Part shown: positions 27,123 through 40,238 of the stretch, piece after piece
Position numbering within the stretch: the first letter of the stretch is position 1
Layout: each line of letters starts with the position of its first letter
Source of the DNA: Girardia tigrina
Lineage: Eukaryota
Direction: 5' to 3'
DNA length: 64,000 nucleotides
NCBI GenBank assembly: GCA_001938485.1
Contig: MQRK01217482.1
Coordinates: forward strand, 3,811-67,810
Position numbers and translations under genes: made by a program
The notes under the pieces: generated by a model
What the model was told of the DNA's origin: nothing
Database searches by the model: none
Seen by the model: the letters and a program-made list of their open reading frames with translations, nothing else

Positions 27123-27520
27123 TGTGAGGAATATTTAAAATTTTTTATGTTGAGTTTAATATTTGGAAATGTGTTTCGCCCACCCAGATGAAAAATTGGT
27201 ATTTTAATATCAAAAATTTAATTAAAGTAAATAACTTTTAACCAATTTTTAAATTGATTAATGTTTTTTCTTTAAATAAAATCATTTTTAAAATTGAATT
27301 AATATTTAGATAAAATTATTACCAAAATTAAAAATTTAGAACTTCAAAAATAAAATCTGAAAATCATTTAAAATGAAAATTTGTTCGAATAATTGTTTAT
27401 TAACAAGACATTAACAAAAAATTATTTCAAATTATGAAAGTGTTGCTGAGAATTGTTAAAAAAACAATTCAAATTGTGATGAAAATAAAGTTGTGAAAAT
27501 CCATATTGATGTTCTTAATA
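27123..27520 (+). mobile_element. Solo LTR, Gypsy TGTGAGG family
   Basis: TGTGAGGAAT...GTTCTTAATA with flanks ATCTT / ATCCT (5-bp TSD, 1 mismatch). Close relative of 45144-45676. Confidence 0.8.
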
Positions 27521-27779
27521 ATCCTGATTAAAAGTATTAGATTTATATATTATAGAAAATGGAAAACAATCAAACACTTTTAAGTCAGCAAATAAAGCAA
27601 ACTTTTATCCATTTGTTTGTTTATGTGAAATTTTATGAACTCCAAAAATTTCTGCAATCTCAATTTCATTATTTTTTATTAATTGGAAAAAAATAATTAT
27701 TTAAAACTTGATAAACGGACTTGAATATTAATTTGATTTAATAATTTACAAAATCAAAAATATAAAATTGATAAAACCA

Positions 27780-27965
27780 TTTTAAGTTTACAATCATAAT
27801 AAATTAAAATTTTGAATATTAAATCTAAATTTGAATAAATTAGTTTCAGATAATATGAATTAAAATATTAATTATCCATCTGATTAATTATCCAATCATA
27901 AATCAACACACAACATTCAGACATGCAAACAATACACAAAATATCAACACACTAAATATTCCACA
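27780..27965 (-). mobile_element. Partial LTR, TGTGAGG family
   Basis: Closely similar to the 5' part of the LTR at 34280-34467; CATCTG at 27877-82. Confidence 0.65.
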
Positions 27966-28719
27966 GAATCTAGAAATGTCTCGAGTCAGACTTAATGAAG
28001 GGTAAGATGCTCATCATGGACGTGAAGCATGACTAGCAAAAAGAAATAACATTAAATTTACAGGCGAAACAATTAACATTCAATATATACAGCAAATTAA
28101 ATTGTAGAATTTGAGTTTATTGCATAAGAATAGGTTTGAATAGAATGTTTGAGTTAAGTAAGTAAATAAACACAAATATTTACTGATAAATTAAACGGAT
28201 GGAACATCATCTGAAAATACATCTTCATGAATATTTATTAAATAGTGTAAAATGTTCGTCAACAAAGTCTGACTATTAATTATATAAGTAAATAAAAATT
28301 TCTTATTTAATAATGCCACAATATTTAGCGACAAACTAAAATATTATTGCTTTATTATATTTCTTTCACAGAAAAGTAAATGATTCAACAAATAAAATAT
28401 CTTTTATTATTTTTTTATCAGTCTGATACTCAGTAGGAGCTTTAGAAATTAAATAATTAAAATATCTATGTGATATGCAAAACAAATAAAAAAATATTTT
28501 ACAAAATATATATTTTATATAAAAAGAAAAATCATTTATACATTATTACACCTATTAACAACATCAAAATTTGAATGCTAACATTTATTTACAACACAAA
28601 CAGATTCTTCACAACAATTTTCAGTGGTCATCTTTCTTTGATTAATATAGTTTTTGATTAATATATTCAAATCTAAAAAACAACGAATGGGAAAGATTAA
28701 TAATAAATTTTAATTTCTC

Positions 28720-28897
28720 ATAATTTTTATTGGATAAAAGTCATTACATAATTTTTTAAAAATTAATATCATTAAATTAATTTCATTAGATTCAAATAAT
28801 CAATCAATAAACATATCAATCCCATCTGAGTAGGAGAGTCACAAATCTAAACAGCATACAAACATCAAACTTACAACATTCCAAATTATCCCTCACA
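28720..28897 (-). mobile_element. Partial LTR, TGTGAGG family
   Basis: rc TGTGAGGGATAATTTGG...TCTCCTACTCAGATGG. Confidence 0.6.
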
Positions 28898-28945
28898 ACA
28901 CCAATGATGATCATTTTGTTAAGTGGTAGGCTGAACAAGTATTTA

Positions 28946-29300
28946 CAGGGTGGCCAAAAATTTGGACAACCAACGTATGAATCAATCTTCTAATATGTTT
29001 TGTTGATCTGTGCTTCTTTATTTCCATCGAGTACATGTGCTAGGTTTTTTCAAATTTTCACAGTTTTGACTATTTTCATTTAACCCAACGTAGTTTAATC
29101 AATTAATCGCTGCAAAATAACAATGGGACATCATCATAGCATATTTATCGTCGAGAAATATTATTTAAACAAGAGGAATGTAAACAAGACCATCGCAGCT
29201 TTTAAAAGGCAATTTGAATCGTCTCACTGCAATTTATCATTCAAAGTTATTATGATTAATTGATAAATTCCGAAGTACAGAAAGTTTTGCCGATTGATAA
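28946..29300 (+). mobile_element. Tc1/mariner-superfamily element 5' end (DUF4817-type HTH)
   Basis: TA|CAGGGTGGCCAAAAATTTGGAC terminus, then SIFIVEKYYLNKRNVNKTIAAFKRQF...LIDKFRST. Confidence 0.6.
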
Positions 29301-30049
29301 TATAATTTTAAAAACTTTTGATTCGGTTTTGATTTTATTTTTAAGTTTTTTTCACTTGGTGAAGAGTTTTCTTTTGAATTAGTGTCTGTTCGATTCACAT
29401 TGGAGGCCGATATCGAAATGAACCCAAAAAATTAGAAAATAATAATTCGTCACGAGTTGCAACTCTGTCGAATTGGGGTTCCATCGCGAAGACCGGAGTA
29501 TTGTTTGGAATTTTCAAAAAATGGAATGTTGAAATAATCTTTGTTTATCGATAAAAAAAGTTCGAAGATGATTTTTCGGAATTTCTAATCAAAATAAGTG
29601 AAAATGTCGAAATCTAAAAATTCAAATCAAATTATTGACTTTAAATTTCAATGAAGTTTCAATAAATACCAACTAAGATGTTTTGCAACTCAATTTCAGT
29701 GGTTCTTTCGAGATTGACAATTTGCGTACATCCAACTTAAAGAATTGATTCGATAATTGTGATATAATTGTTTTGGTTAAAATTAATAATTTTTTGATTA
29801 TTATAATAGTTATTTTCATATAATTTATAAAATATTTGTAAATATTTTGCGATTTGTTTTAGTTATTCAATTTTCAAGATGAGAAAAAACTAGTATATAA
29901 GCAATAGTTATTTCAGTTACATTTTAACATTTTACAACTTAAAAAGAAGAATTAGTCTAAATTAGAATTATATGTGCGGTAAACTTGATTTTGTTAATTT
30001 TTGTAATATCTTTTTTTACAAAAGAAATAATAAGAGAAATTTAGTATAC

Positions 30050-31610
30050 TGTAAAGGAGAAGTTAAGTTTTAAATAAATCATTCTAGCATCGCTCGAACT
30101 AAGAAGTTGTTTTAACTGTTTGATCGCAGTGTGATATTTGAATTGTAGCGTACTGATAGAGGTGAATTTACATTTGTACTTCAATTGTTGTTGCAGAATA
30201 AATTATTATTAAAAGGATTTGTTCATTCTTCATATTTTATGGTTGGAGGAAACCTTTTGGTCGATTTGGAGTCAGATCAGTAGTTTAATATAAATAAAGA
30301 TAGAAACGAGATTTAATTGTAATACCCAACATAATATATTTGGTGAGCCCGACTATTTAATTCAAAATATCTTTCTGAATCAATTGAAGCACAACCATTG
30401 TGAAGATTCTTTAGGATAAATATATTAAAGATTATTTTGCTGAGTATTGGTCGAATTATTGACGAAAATATTAAATTGTGTTAAAGAAAATATTCAAAAG
30501 TGTCGAGATATTATTTAAGGAATAAAGAATTTGGAAATAAAATCATGATTGAAGAAAATAGAGAAGTAAATAACGATTTGGCAAGCTTCCAGAGATTACC
30601 TGTGAATCAATATGGAGAAGATCCAGTTGATTTTGTTGATTTTATGACTGATTACTATATGTGCGTATCGGCCTATGGCTGGTCAGACAAAATAATGATT
30701 CAAAGATTACCTTTGTATCTGAAAGGTGCAGCACGTGAAGCTTTTAATCAAATTGATAAACGTACAGTGGTTGAGTGGTCAAGAATTAAGGATGCCCTTG
30801 CTGAAAAAATAATCAGTAGAGATATCGGATGACTTTTACGAAAGAAATTCTATACAAGAGTGCAAAATAGCAATGAATCAGTTAATGAATTCGCTTTTCA
30901 TCTATCTACGCTAGCAGAAAAAGCTTTTTTGCAAAAAGAAAAAGTGGTCGGAACAAACAAATAAACTTGTAGAGGATCAATTTTGGTCTGGAATTCAAAA
31001 TCACTTTAAAACAGCACTGAGTCTGGTTGAATATGAAAATTTTGATGAATTAGTGAAAAAAGCTATGAGAATTGAAATGAATTCAAACATTGGTCAAGCT
31101 CGCCTAGTTTTTACGACTGAAATGAAATCGTTTGAACGTCCACCCAAATCAATTATAAAAAGAAGTGAGTCTGAAGAGGAAAGTGATGGTTATGTTTCTC
31201 CTAGAATGCAAAGATTCCAACAAACAGATGACAACAGAAGGACAAGAAATCAATATTTCCAGAATAACAACAAAAACAACGGAAACAGAAGTCCTAAGTT
31301 CACCAGATCAAACAATTTCCAACAAAATGATCGCCCAACATTTAGAAATGACCAAAAACATTTTGACCAAAGAATTCCAAGATGCTATAATTGCAACAAA
31401 GTTGGTCATCTTAGTAATCAATGTTGGTTTAAACAACAATCGAATCCACCAAATATTAAAACTTGTTTCAATTATGGTAAACAGGGTCACACATCGAATG
31501 TTTGTAGATTTAAAACGAGATTGTTAACACCGTCACCGCAACGTGACAAAGTAAATTTTAAAGGCCAAATTCAATGTGAAAGTTCAAAAAATATGGACAT
31601 TATTTGATCA
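30050..31610 (+). mobile_element. Ty3/Gypsy 5' LTR + PBS + disrupted gag
   Basis: Putative LTR TGTAAAGG (30050) with AATAAA, ending near 30331-30340. PBS TGGTGAGCCCGAC at 30341 resembles the tRNA-Trp complement. Gag has LPLYLKGAAREAF and two Zn knuckles (CYNCNKVGHLSNQC, CFNYGKQGHTSNVC). Confidence 0.85.
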
Positions 31611-31619
31611 GTTTCTATA

Positions 31620-34005
31620 CCATTTTTACTGACAATCTATCCTAAAAGTTTTATTCTTTCTGTTAAAAATTGACACTTTTCTGGGTTAATTCTTAAACCT
31701 GCTTCCTTAATTTTTTCCAGTACATGTTTTATTCGTTGCATATACTCTTGTTTATTTTTTGCAAAAACCAAAATATCGTCCAAATATACTACTGCCTCTT
31801 TCCAGTTTAAATCTCCTAGGACTTTGATCATTTGCTCTTGGAAAGTTTATGGGGCTGCTGCTATCCCGAACGGCATTCTTTTGAAACAATACTGTCCGTT
31901 CTTTTTTGAGAATGCTGCTCTAATCTTTGATTCTTCCTCCAACTCGACTTTTTAGTACGCGTTTCCCAGATCAATTGTACTAAAATACTGCTCACTATTC
32001 AGTGTGTTCAGCATGTCATCTACATTTGGCATAGGAAACGCTGGCCTGACGGTAATTCTATTTAACTGGCGGAAGTCTACACACACTCGAATATCTTGTT
32101 TTTCCTTCTTCCACACACATACTAATGGGAAATTCCATGGTGAGCTACACTTTTCGATTATGTCATTTTCTTCGAAATTTTTAATAACATCATCCAATTT
32201 GTCCTCAAAATGTTTTGGTTGCCGATAAGGTTTTACTAGTATTGGATCCCCGTGTGTTTCTATTCTGTGTTTTGTCAATGATGTTTTCTCAATATCCCAC
32301 TTATCAGCCATGAATACAGATTTATAATTTGCTAGAATCTTCATTAATTGCCCGTCAATTTGCTTATCAAATATATCCATTATTCTTCTTAGCCTGTCCT
32401 CATCTGATGGGTTGTCTCTAATCACCAATATTTCTCCACCTCGAGGTATCTGTCTTTTCAGTTTTATTCCGAATTTATCCAAGAAATCTATACCTGCGAT
32501 CATTTTGGTGTCTAGTTCTTTGACCACATAAAACTCTATTAACTTTTGTGTTCCCTCAATAGTTACATTTAATTGAACGATTCCATAATTGATCAGTTCT
32601 GAATCATTTGCGCAAATGGATACGTTTTTTCGTTTCTCTTATTTTAATATATTTCATGTTTTTAATTATCTCCGCTTTAATTACATTTACTCTTGCTCCA
32701 GTGTTCAAAAGGCAATGAACTTTTCTCTTTCACGTAAAAATCTACACTTGGACGTCCTTTCAGTTCTTTATAATTTATCTTAAACTTTGATATCTTCAAT
32801 ATTTCCGTTTTACTATTTAGTTTCTTATCATCTTGAGTTGTAATACTATTACACTGCTCTTGATTTACAATATCTTCACATTCAACTTTGCACATCTCTT
32901 AAGGAATATTTTCATACCTAAAATCAAACATACAATCACACACCCATTCATGCATACAATCAAACATACATTTACATTGGTTTTCCTTGTGATCGTGCGT
33001 CCTCGTTTCTATGTTCATCACCGGATCTTCTTTTACCTCTAGAATAATCTCTTGCTGTATTCTCTTCTCTTCTATAAGACATTTCCGATCTCCTGTCCAT
33101 TTCATCACCCCTGTCGTCTAACTCCGCCAAGTGTTGTTTCTTATTCATATATGCCGGTCGTCCTCTATATCTCTGATTAGAATAATCTCTACTGTCAATC
33201 TAACGATTTTTATTATTGTCCCATTTCCGTTGGTCACATTCTTTAAACCTATTTTGGTTTTCATAACATTGTGTTCGTAGGTGTCCTCTTCTTTGACAGT
33301 GAATACACTTAACGTTCGGACATTCTCTTCTAACATGACCTTCCTCATGGCATGCCCAACAAATTATTTTTCTGACTTTATAGTTTCGACTTGTACCGTC
33401 TCTCTTTACATCGTCGTTTCGTAGTTTTGGTGTTCTTTTTTTATTCTCCACAGTTTTCCAATCGTTTTCTTTCCTTGTGTTATATGCTGCAATCAGTGAA
33501 TTTCTTTTCTTTTTCCCGTATTCATACATCCTCATTTGTATGTTTTCGATCTCCTCTGCATTTGTTACCCCTCGAATCGCTATCTCTTGATCGACTTTAT
33601 CATCGTCAATCATATTAGCATAGACCAAGTTTGATAATTCTTTCTCACCAAACTTTTTCTCTACTAATTTTTTGATTATCTCATCTGCTTTGCGGAACGC
33701 AAGTGACGGGACACTGCAACCTACTCTTAACTCTATGAGATCTTTCATCAAATCCAAAATAGATTTCTCTTTTGAAAATGCTGCTCGCATTTACTCTTCG
33801 CAAGTACTCCCTGATGCCTTCTCGTATCTCAGAATCGCATCTGGAGTCAGGTAGGGTGTTACCAGTAGGATTTTTTTCTCCTCTAATAATCCAATAATCT
33901 TTGAATACCTGTTAAAACTTATCAGGAATTCTTATAATTTGTGCTCGGATCCATTGAATGTTTCTGGACCTTTCATGTTCGGAGTCATTGGGTGTGAATT
34001 CGCCA
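31620..34005 (-). mobile_element. Ty3/Gypsy internal region (gag-PR-RT, truncated)
   Basis: PBS-like TGGCG at 34005 and gag ATG at 33988 (MTPNMKGPETFNGS). CCHC motifs CWACHEEGHVRREC and CIHCQRRGHLRTQC, protease C-terminal IAGIDFL, RT SSPWNFP...RVCVDFRQLN...VYLDD. Confidence 0.9.
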
Positions 34006-34467
34006 TGTTAAGAGAACTCACACATTTGACAGAACATTTATTACATTCACATTTCTTTTCGTCTTTATGATGATCAATAGTACTGCTTTCACTATAATCC
34101 ATCACTCAATTTTCAATATCTCTCATTATAATCTGAACTATACTTGAGAAAATTATTTTATTAAAAAATATTTAATTTAAATTTTTTTGGCTTAAATAAA
34201 ATATTTCTATATTCATTTTTAAACATTAATTTGATTTTAATTATTTAAAAATTTACAAAATAAAATCAATAAAATTATTTAAAAGTTGCAATAATAAAAA
34301 TTAAAACTTTAAATATTAAATCTAAATTTAAATAAATTAGTTTCAGATTATAAGAATTAAAATATTGATCATCCATCTGATTAGGAGAGGCACAATCCAA
34401 AATCAACACACAACATTTAAACATGCAAACACTACGAAAAACAATTACACACCCCATATCCCTCACA
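34006..34467 (-). mobile_element. 5' LTR (462 bp) of the Gypsy element; member of the TGTGAGG family
   Basis: Minus strand TGTGAGGGAT...CTCTTAACA directly abutting the PBS; contains the CTCCTAATCAGATGG core and an AATAAA near the 3' end. Confidence 0.85.
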
Positions 34468-35944
34468 CGCACATTGGAGAATTCAAGGTTAAACAAAAGA
34501 ATGTAATATTAACAGGAAGAAAGAATACGCCACATTCTTCATGGTCTTTGTAATACATTTTCAAAATTTTTTGGTTGTATAATTTGGATGTGAAAATTTC
34601 TTTTTCTTACTTTGCTTGTGTGACTTGTTCTTAATGCCTACTCCGTGTTTTTTATATTTTCTCTTTGTTACTGAGTGGTAGATTTTGGTACTTGTGTGTG
34701 AGACTCATAGACTGTGATTTGTGATTTTTATGTTCACCATTTTTCTTTTTGTTTTGTCGTATATTTGGATACTTTGTTTTTTGGTTTTATCCCATACAAG
34801 AAAATTATAAAACAATGATAGAAAAAAAGAAAGAATAAAAAAAATTATGGCTTATATTCCCCACCCCCATTATTTTCCTTACTCCAATAATGATAATTTA
34901 ATAGCAATAAATACGATAATTAATAAAATCCATAAAACAATAATCACAAATTAATAATACGAATTACGTATTGTCAAATTACAAAAAATTATCTGTCAAC
35001 GAAATTTATTTATACCATCAAAGATTGGCTGTTATTATTATTTTGGTTGACTTATCCAGTGCTATTATGTGATTCATTACGTCACCAACAAAACGATAGT
35101 TTCCTATTTATATTTGAAGCCATTATACCATTATTACCAAATATTTTATATCATTTGATTGGAAAACATTAGTACGAAGCATTACTAAGTTATAGAAACG
35201 AACAATTGTCTAAATCATAATTGTCCTAATGTCATACCATGATAGACATTATTTTTTAAAGAAAAATTATACGAATTCCTATCAAATTACTGTGATCTTG
35301 TATAAGTAACGTTAATTTATTATATTTATTGGTAATCTAGATTATCTTTGTTGGATTGCGTTGTACTGAACGGTTATCATTGCTTTACCATTATACGTTT
35401 ACATTAATATTAGACTTATTTTTTAAATATTTTTTGTTTTGTAATTAAATACAGAGGGAAGAAAGCTTTCCGGTCATTATTTTAATTTGAACTATTATTA
35501 ATAGAAAATCTAGGACAGCTTTCATTCACTCTTATATTACAATCTTCATTCCAAATATCAAGAGATCAATGAGATGAAGAGGTTAACCAATCAATATACG
35601 GTTTGAGTATTTTATTATTTCTTTCTGAGATTTCTGACTTTTGGTATGATTGATATTTATAACAATGAACGAGAAGATCATATCTCTGAAGATGTTTGTT
35701 AACTGACATAGTTTAGTGATAGATAATTCCCATTTTTGAAAGACCTTGATTTCATATATTTACCAATCAATAATATTGTAAGTTTATGTGCTCTAAATAA
35801 ACTAGTACATCACTTCAATGTCACTATTCCTTTTCTCATTTTAAAAGCAGTCATCAATACTTCTATTTGTGATGAAAGTGTGTGATTTGTTTATTCTTTA
35901 TAAATACCTAATTTTATAGACGTTCTAAATAAAATCAGCAGCAT

Positions 35945-36310
35945 TGTTCTAGATGTTTGATGTGCTTGAGTGTTGTATGTTGATTTGGAATCGTGCCACT
36001 ACTATCCAGATGGATGATTAATATTTTGATACTTATTAACTGAAACTAATTTGATTTACCTTACGATTTAATGTTTAAATGTATTTTAATTTAAAATTAT
36101 TGTTAACTGTTAAATGATTTAATTAATTTTATTTTAAATTTTTAGCTAATAAATCAAATTAATATTTTTAAATTTTTTTTTAATTTTAACCAATTAAATT
36201 CGGGATTAATATTTTTAAAGGGTTTTTTTATGTCGAATTAATTTAGATATTCGGATAAAAATATTAATCAGCCATCTGTGTAGGAGAGACAATTCTAAAT
36301 CAACGCAAAA
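35945..36310. mobile_element. Two opposed partial LTRs of the TGTGAGG family
   Basis: CAGATGG core on the + strand at 36007 and on the - strand at 36273. Confidence 0.55.
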
Positions 36311-36659
36311 TGACATAAAATTAATATTTTTTTCTTTATAATTTTTATAATCTGTAACAATTAAAGAAGAAATGGAAATGTGACCAAGAAAGTGTATCTG
36401 GAAATTTTATCATGTATTAACTCTGCTTGTGCAAAGGAGATTAACACCGCGTTCAAGCAAGATCACTCTTCATCAAAAAAAATTGTAAGAAAAAGTATAC
36501 CATATACTTGATGAAGTTTCCTTCCGTGAATTGTTAGGTTTTGCCTCGTCAGATGTTCCTTTTATATCCAACATTAATATGGTATTGAATATAAAATGTA
36601 GCATATAAACGCTTTCTAAATGATTTTTTTTTAATTTTTTAAAAATTAGAATAATATTT

Positions 36660-36830
36660 TTTACATTTACATATAGACTTTACTAAGGAGACCGAGAATG
36701 AAAATAAATTATCTTTTCTTGATTTGTAAATTAAGAGATAAAACGGTTTTTATAAGACCGAGATTTACAAAAGGAAAACTGATAGAAGTTTGTTTACAAT
36801 CCCGGGTAGTTTTTATGACTCTAAATATTG
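36660..36830 (+). mobile_element. Penelope-like element RT C-terminal fragment
   Basis: HIDFTKETENENKLSFLD...TEIYKRKTD. Confidence 0.6.
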
Positions 36831-38619
36831 TAGAAAATCTGTAACAAAGTGTACCTTACAAAAATTAGGATGCAATTTCAAAAAAATCGTTCCTCAATTA
36901 AGGTTGGGAAAACATTCGAACTAACGAAGTATTTATTTTCATAATTTGAATATTTTTTATGTATAATTTAATATACTTGATTAAATAATCCACGTTCGGT
37001 CTGCAGCTTTCTAGTTTATTTATAAATGTTTAATATGATTTTCATATGCTCATTCTGTACTAATTAAGAGTATATTTATAGAAATTTTGAATGATACTTT
37101 TATCTATGTCTAAGATACTCTAAAGACTTGATGTTGAATATCCTTCATTAGGTTATATATTTTAATTATCTATATCTTAGTTTTCTTCTTTGAGTTTATG
37201 TATCTGGAATATAAAGGCATGATTATGATATGAATTTGATATCTGTTACCAAAAAAGTATACCAAGATATTTACGTTCATCAATGATCAACAAAAATGCA
37301 AGTTTGGGAAAAAGGATGTCAGACAACATCTGATTAAATAGTTTTAAGTCTTTCCCTCCTAATGACTCCAGATGCCGTCACCTCCTACTTTTATAATCAT
37401 ACAGACAAATTATTACATCAGTTTAGCAGATTTATTAGATATTATCCATGTTTTATAGGAATGTTAGCTCTCATTTACTAAAGTTTCATTTACAGTTTAC
37501 TCATAATGATGTTGGTTTCCGAGTTTCAATAAATTTTGTTTTTTTAATTTCGATCTTAAATTGAAGGAAGAATATGCATTAGCTATTTTTTAAATTCATG
37601 CAAGGCTATTATTTTTAATTGTGTTGGAGAGTTTTCCTCTAATAGTTGTTATGTGTACTGAATAAATAGTCAAAATGTAATTTAAATATTTTTAGAATAT
37701 TGAGAAGAAAAAGGAATCACACAGAGAAGATATTCACCAAGAAATTATTGACATTTATTCAATGACATTAATAATATTCATGTTTTATATTATATTTGAT
37801 TTTCTCCGAATCTCTGGGACCAGGCGCTTTCTTACTGAGTAACATCAAAGAACTCAATCAATTATTTTGTCAATTTCTTCAAAATTTAGAAAAGACCACA
37901 CTAGTTTACAAAAACAAAGATAATCGATAATAATCGACAGCATAAAATAATCAATTCATTTATATCGATTGAATTGTTCTGGTCATTGATGAAGTGACTG
38001 ATTAGTGCCCGATCACAAAAACCTAGAGAGACAACCAGACACTCCACAGTCAGTCCGTGAGCACATTCGCTCCTCCTCCCTACCACTCCATTCGCCAATG
38101 CCATTGCAAAATTCCGATTGTCACTCAATCAATCGCGGAACTCATACAAATGACAATCGTGATAAATCAGCTCAGTATTCAACGAAATCGTGTAGAATTC
38201 TTTATCAATCGATCGATGCATTTAGCATATGATTTTCGATCAATATTTCAAATAATTTCAAATAATCGATTAAATTATTATTTTTTTCCATATTTTGCAA
38301 AAATTTAATACGGCTATCTTCTCGTGGAAATCATTCATAAGCTGTAACTCATCAGACGTTTCTAAATTATCATCTATGTTTCCAATTTCAGGTAAATCAT
38401 CATTTTCAGAAAAATTCAGAGTCATAAAGATTGTTCTACTTCCAGGCTGGATATCGAGAATATTGAAATGAATGCAAAGAAATCAGTAAGGGGTAATTTC
38501 GTTGGTGATTAATGATTCTTTTAACTTAGAAGATAAAGTTAATAGCGATCGAGGATTTCTTTGAGTTGTTGTATTCAAATAGTTTTCAATCTTTAAATGT
38601 TTTAAAATGATATCTTCAA

Positions 38620-39150
38620 GCCTATTATCGAGCTTTTCCACAAATACGCAGACGTTACAATGATGAATGCAAATGATTTTAATTTTTTATTGAAAGATTC
38701 TGAAAAGTAATTGTTCAAAAAGCTAAAGTTGAACAAGTTATTGAAGTATTTAAATCCAAAACATTTATAGCGTTCTATCCTTGCTTTTTGTAAAGCAATT
38801 TTTTTATTTTTTGAATAAAGGCTTATTATTTTTTAATAAAGGTTTTTAGGGTTAAGTTCGCTAATTTCGTGGAGATTAGCCTGGCGAAAGTAAAAATAAC
38901 ATCCTTGACAACAAATTTCTGGAAAACAATCCCGAAAAGTTTTAATGCTAGCTCTTTCAAAGTCCCCAATTGTGCTGATAAGACTTAATCTTGGCACAAA
39001 TTTTAATTTTTTCATTACCACCTTGTAGTGTGCAGTTGATTTGGTTTTCATCAATACAAAAATAATGGTAAAAATCTTGGACCAGACCTGATAGAGATGA
39101 TAAACAGTTGATTGAATAAAGGTGGTATGATTTACAAATATAATAATAAG
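38620..39150 (-). mobile_element. MULE transposase fragment
   Basis: FVLMKTKSTAHY...IGDFERASIKTFRDCFPEICCQGCYFYFRQA, the MULE D-F-E / GC.FH pattern; downstream NNYFSESFN. Confidence 0.75.
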
Positions 39151-39880
39151 TTTAAAAATAAAGTCAATTAAATAATATTTAATGTCTTTAAAATAAAACA
39201 ACCCAAGAAAAAAAAGACAAGCCGACATTATACCTTTATGGGTCGTATACAAGTAAACAAGTCGAAACTCGGGAGCAACGTTCGTGTTAAGACTATTCGA
39301 TAAGTACAAAGCGCGCGAGTGCCACTCGCTCAAAAGTTATAACAGTTTAAATATTTTTTTTTACAGAAAAAAACGTTGTTAAAAAAATGAATGTGAAGAA
39401 ATATTTTCTATCTATTTAGTATTTATTTATTGAATTTTTGCAAAGGCTAAATTATTGCAGCACCGTCAAATTCGTTTTTTAATTTTATTTCTATTATATA
39501 TTGAGTGACAGAATAAAAATAAATTTAACTAATTTAAATCTTTTCAAACTTTTTTCTATCAGCACTTATTTAAACGAATTTTTATTTTCAATTTTTCAAA
39601 TAAAATTGATATTTGAATGTAAATCATTTGTAAAATCAAGGAAACCATTTCAATCTTCCTTAGAACGGATCGTGTTTAAAAAGTGAAAGATATTTTCTGG
39701 AAATAAAAATTAAAAATAATGTTTTTATATTTTATTGTTGAAGGTTTCATTAAATTTTATTAAAATTTTAAAAATGTCAAAAATTATTAAAGAATTTAAA
39801 AAAATACAAAACTTATGTTAAATAACTTGATTATCTTTTAAAATTTTTTTATTAAAAATCTAAAAAATTAATAAATGAAT

Positions 39881-39885
<5 letters not shown>

Positions 39886-39912
<27 letters not shown>
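39886..39912. repeat. (TA)n microsatellite
   Basis: Direct reading. Confidence 0.85.
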
Positions 39913-40238
39913 CGCATTATCCCAAAGAAAAAACGAGTTCTGAATGAAATATTATTAATTAATTATAATAATCATTATAAAAATTGAAGACATTGAAAAC
40001 ATTTTTATTTAATCTCTTCTTAATAAACTAGGTGCTCAATAAATAATCTATTTATATATATATTTTTTGCTGTTTCGAATAAAATAAACGTCATCAATTA
40101 ACGATTTTGTAAAATAAAAACTATCTTGAATGAGAATGGAAGTTTTCTCTTTTCGATTCTTTTGTTAAAAGACAATGCTGGTTCTGAGAACAATAAAAAA
40201 CAATGAAAGATAATTTACACATTCTTTTTGACTTTCAT

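Noticed and set aside
29300-29620. CpG-containing stretch that could be a host exon or promoter
   Set aside because: All minus-strand frames I examined contain stops and I found no consistent splice sites; insufficient support.
37900-38275. Cluster of ATCGAT repeats with short overlapping ORFs
   Set aside because: Probably transposon subterminal repeats, but no TIR pair or TSD could be defined; the ORFs are not credible.
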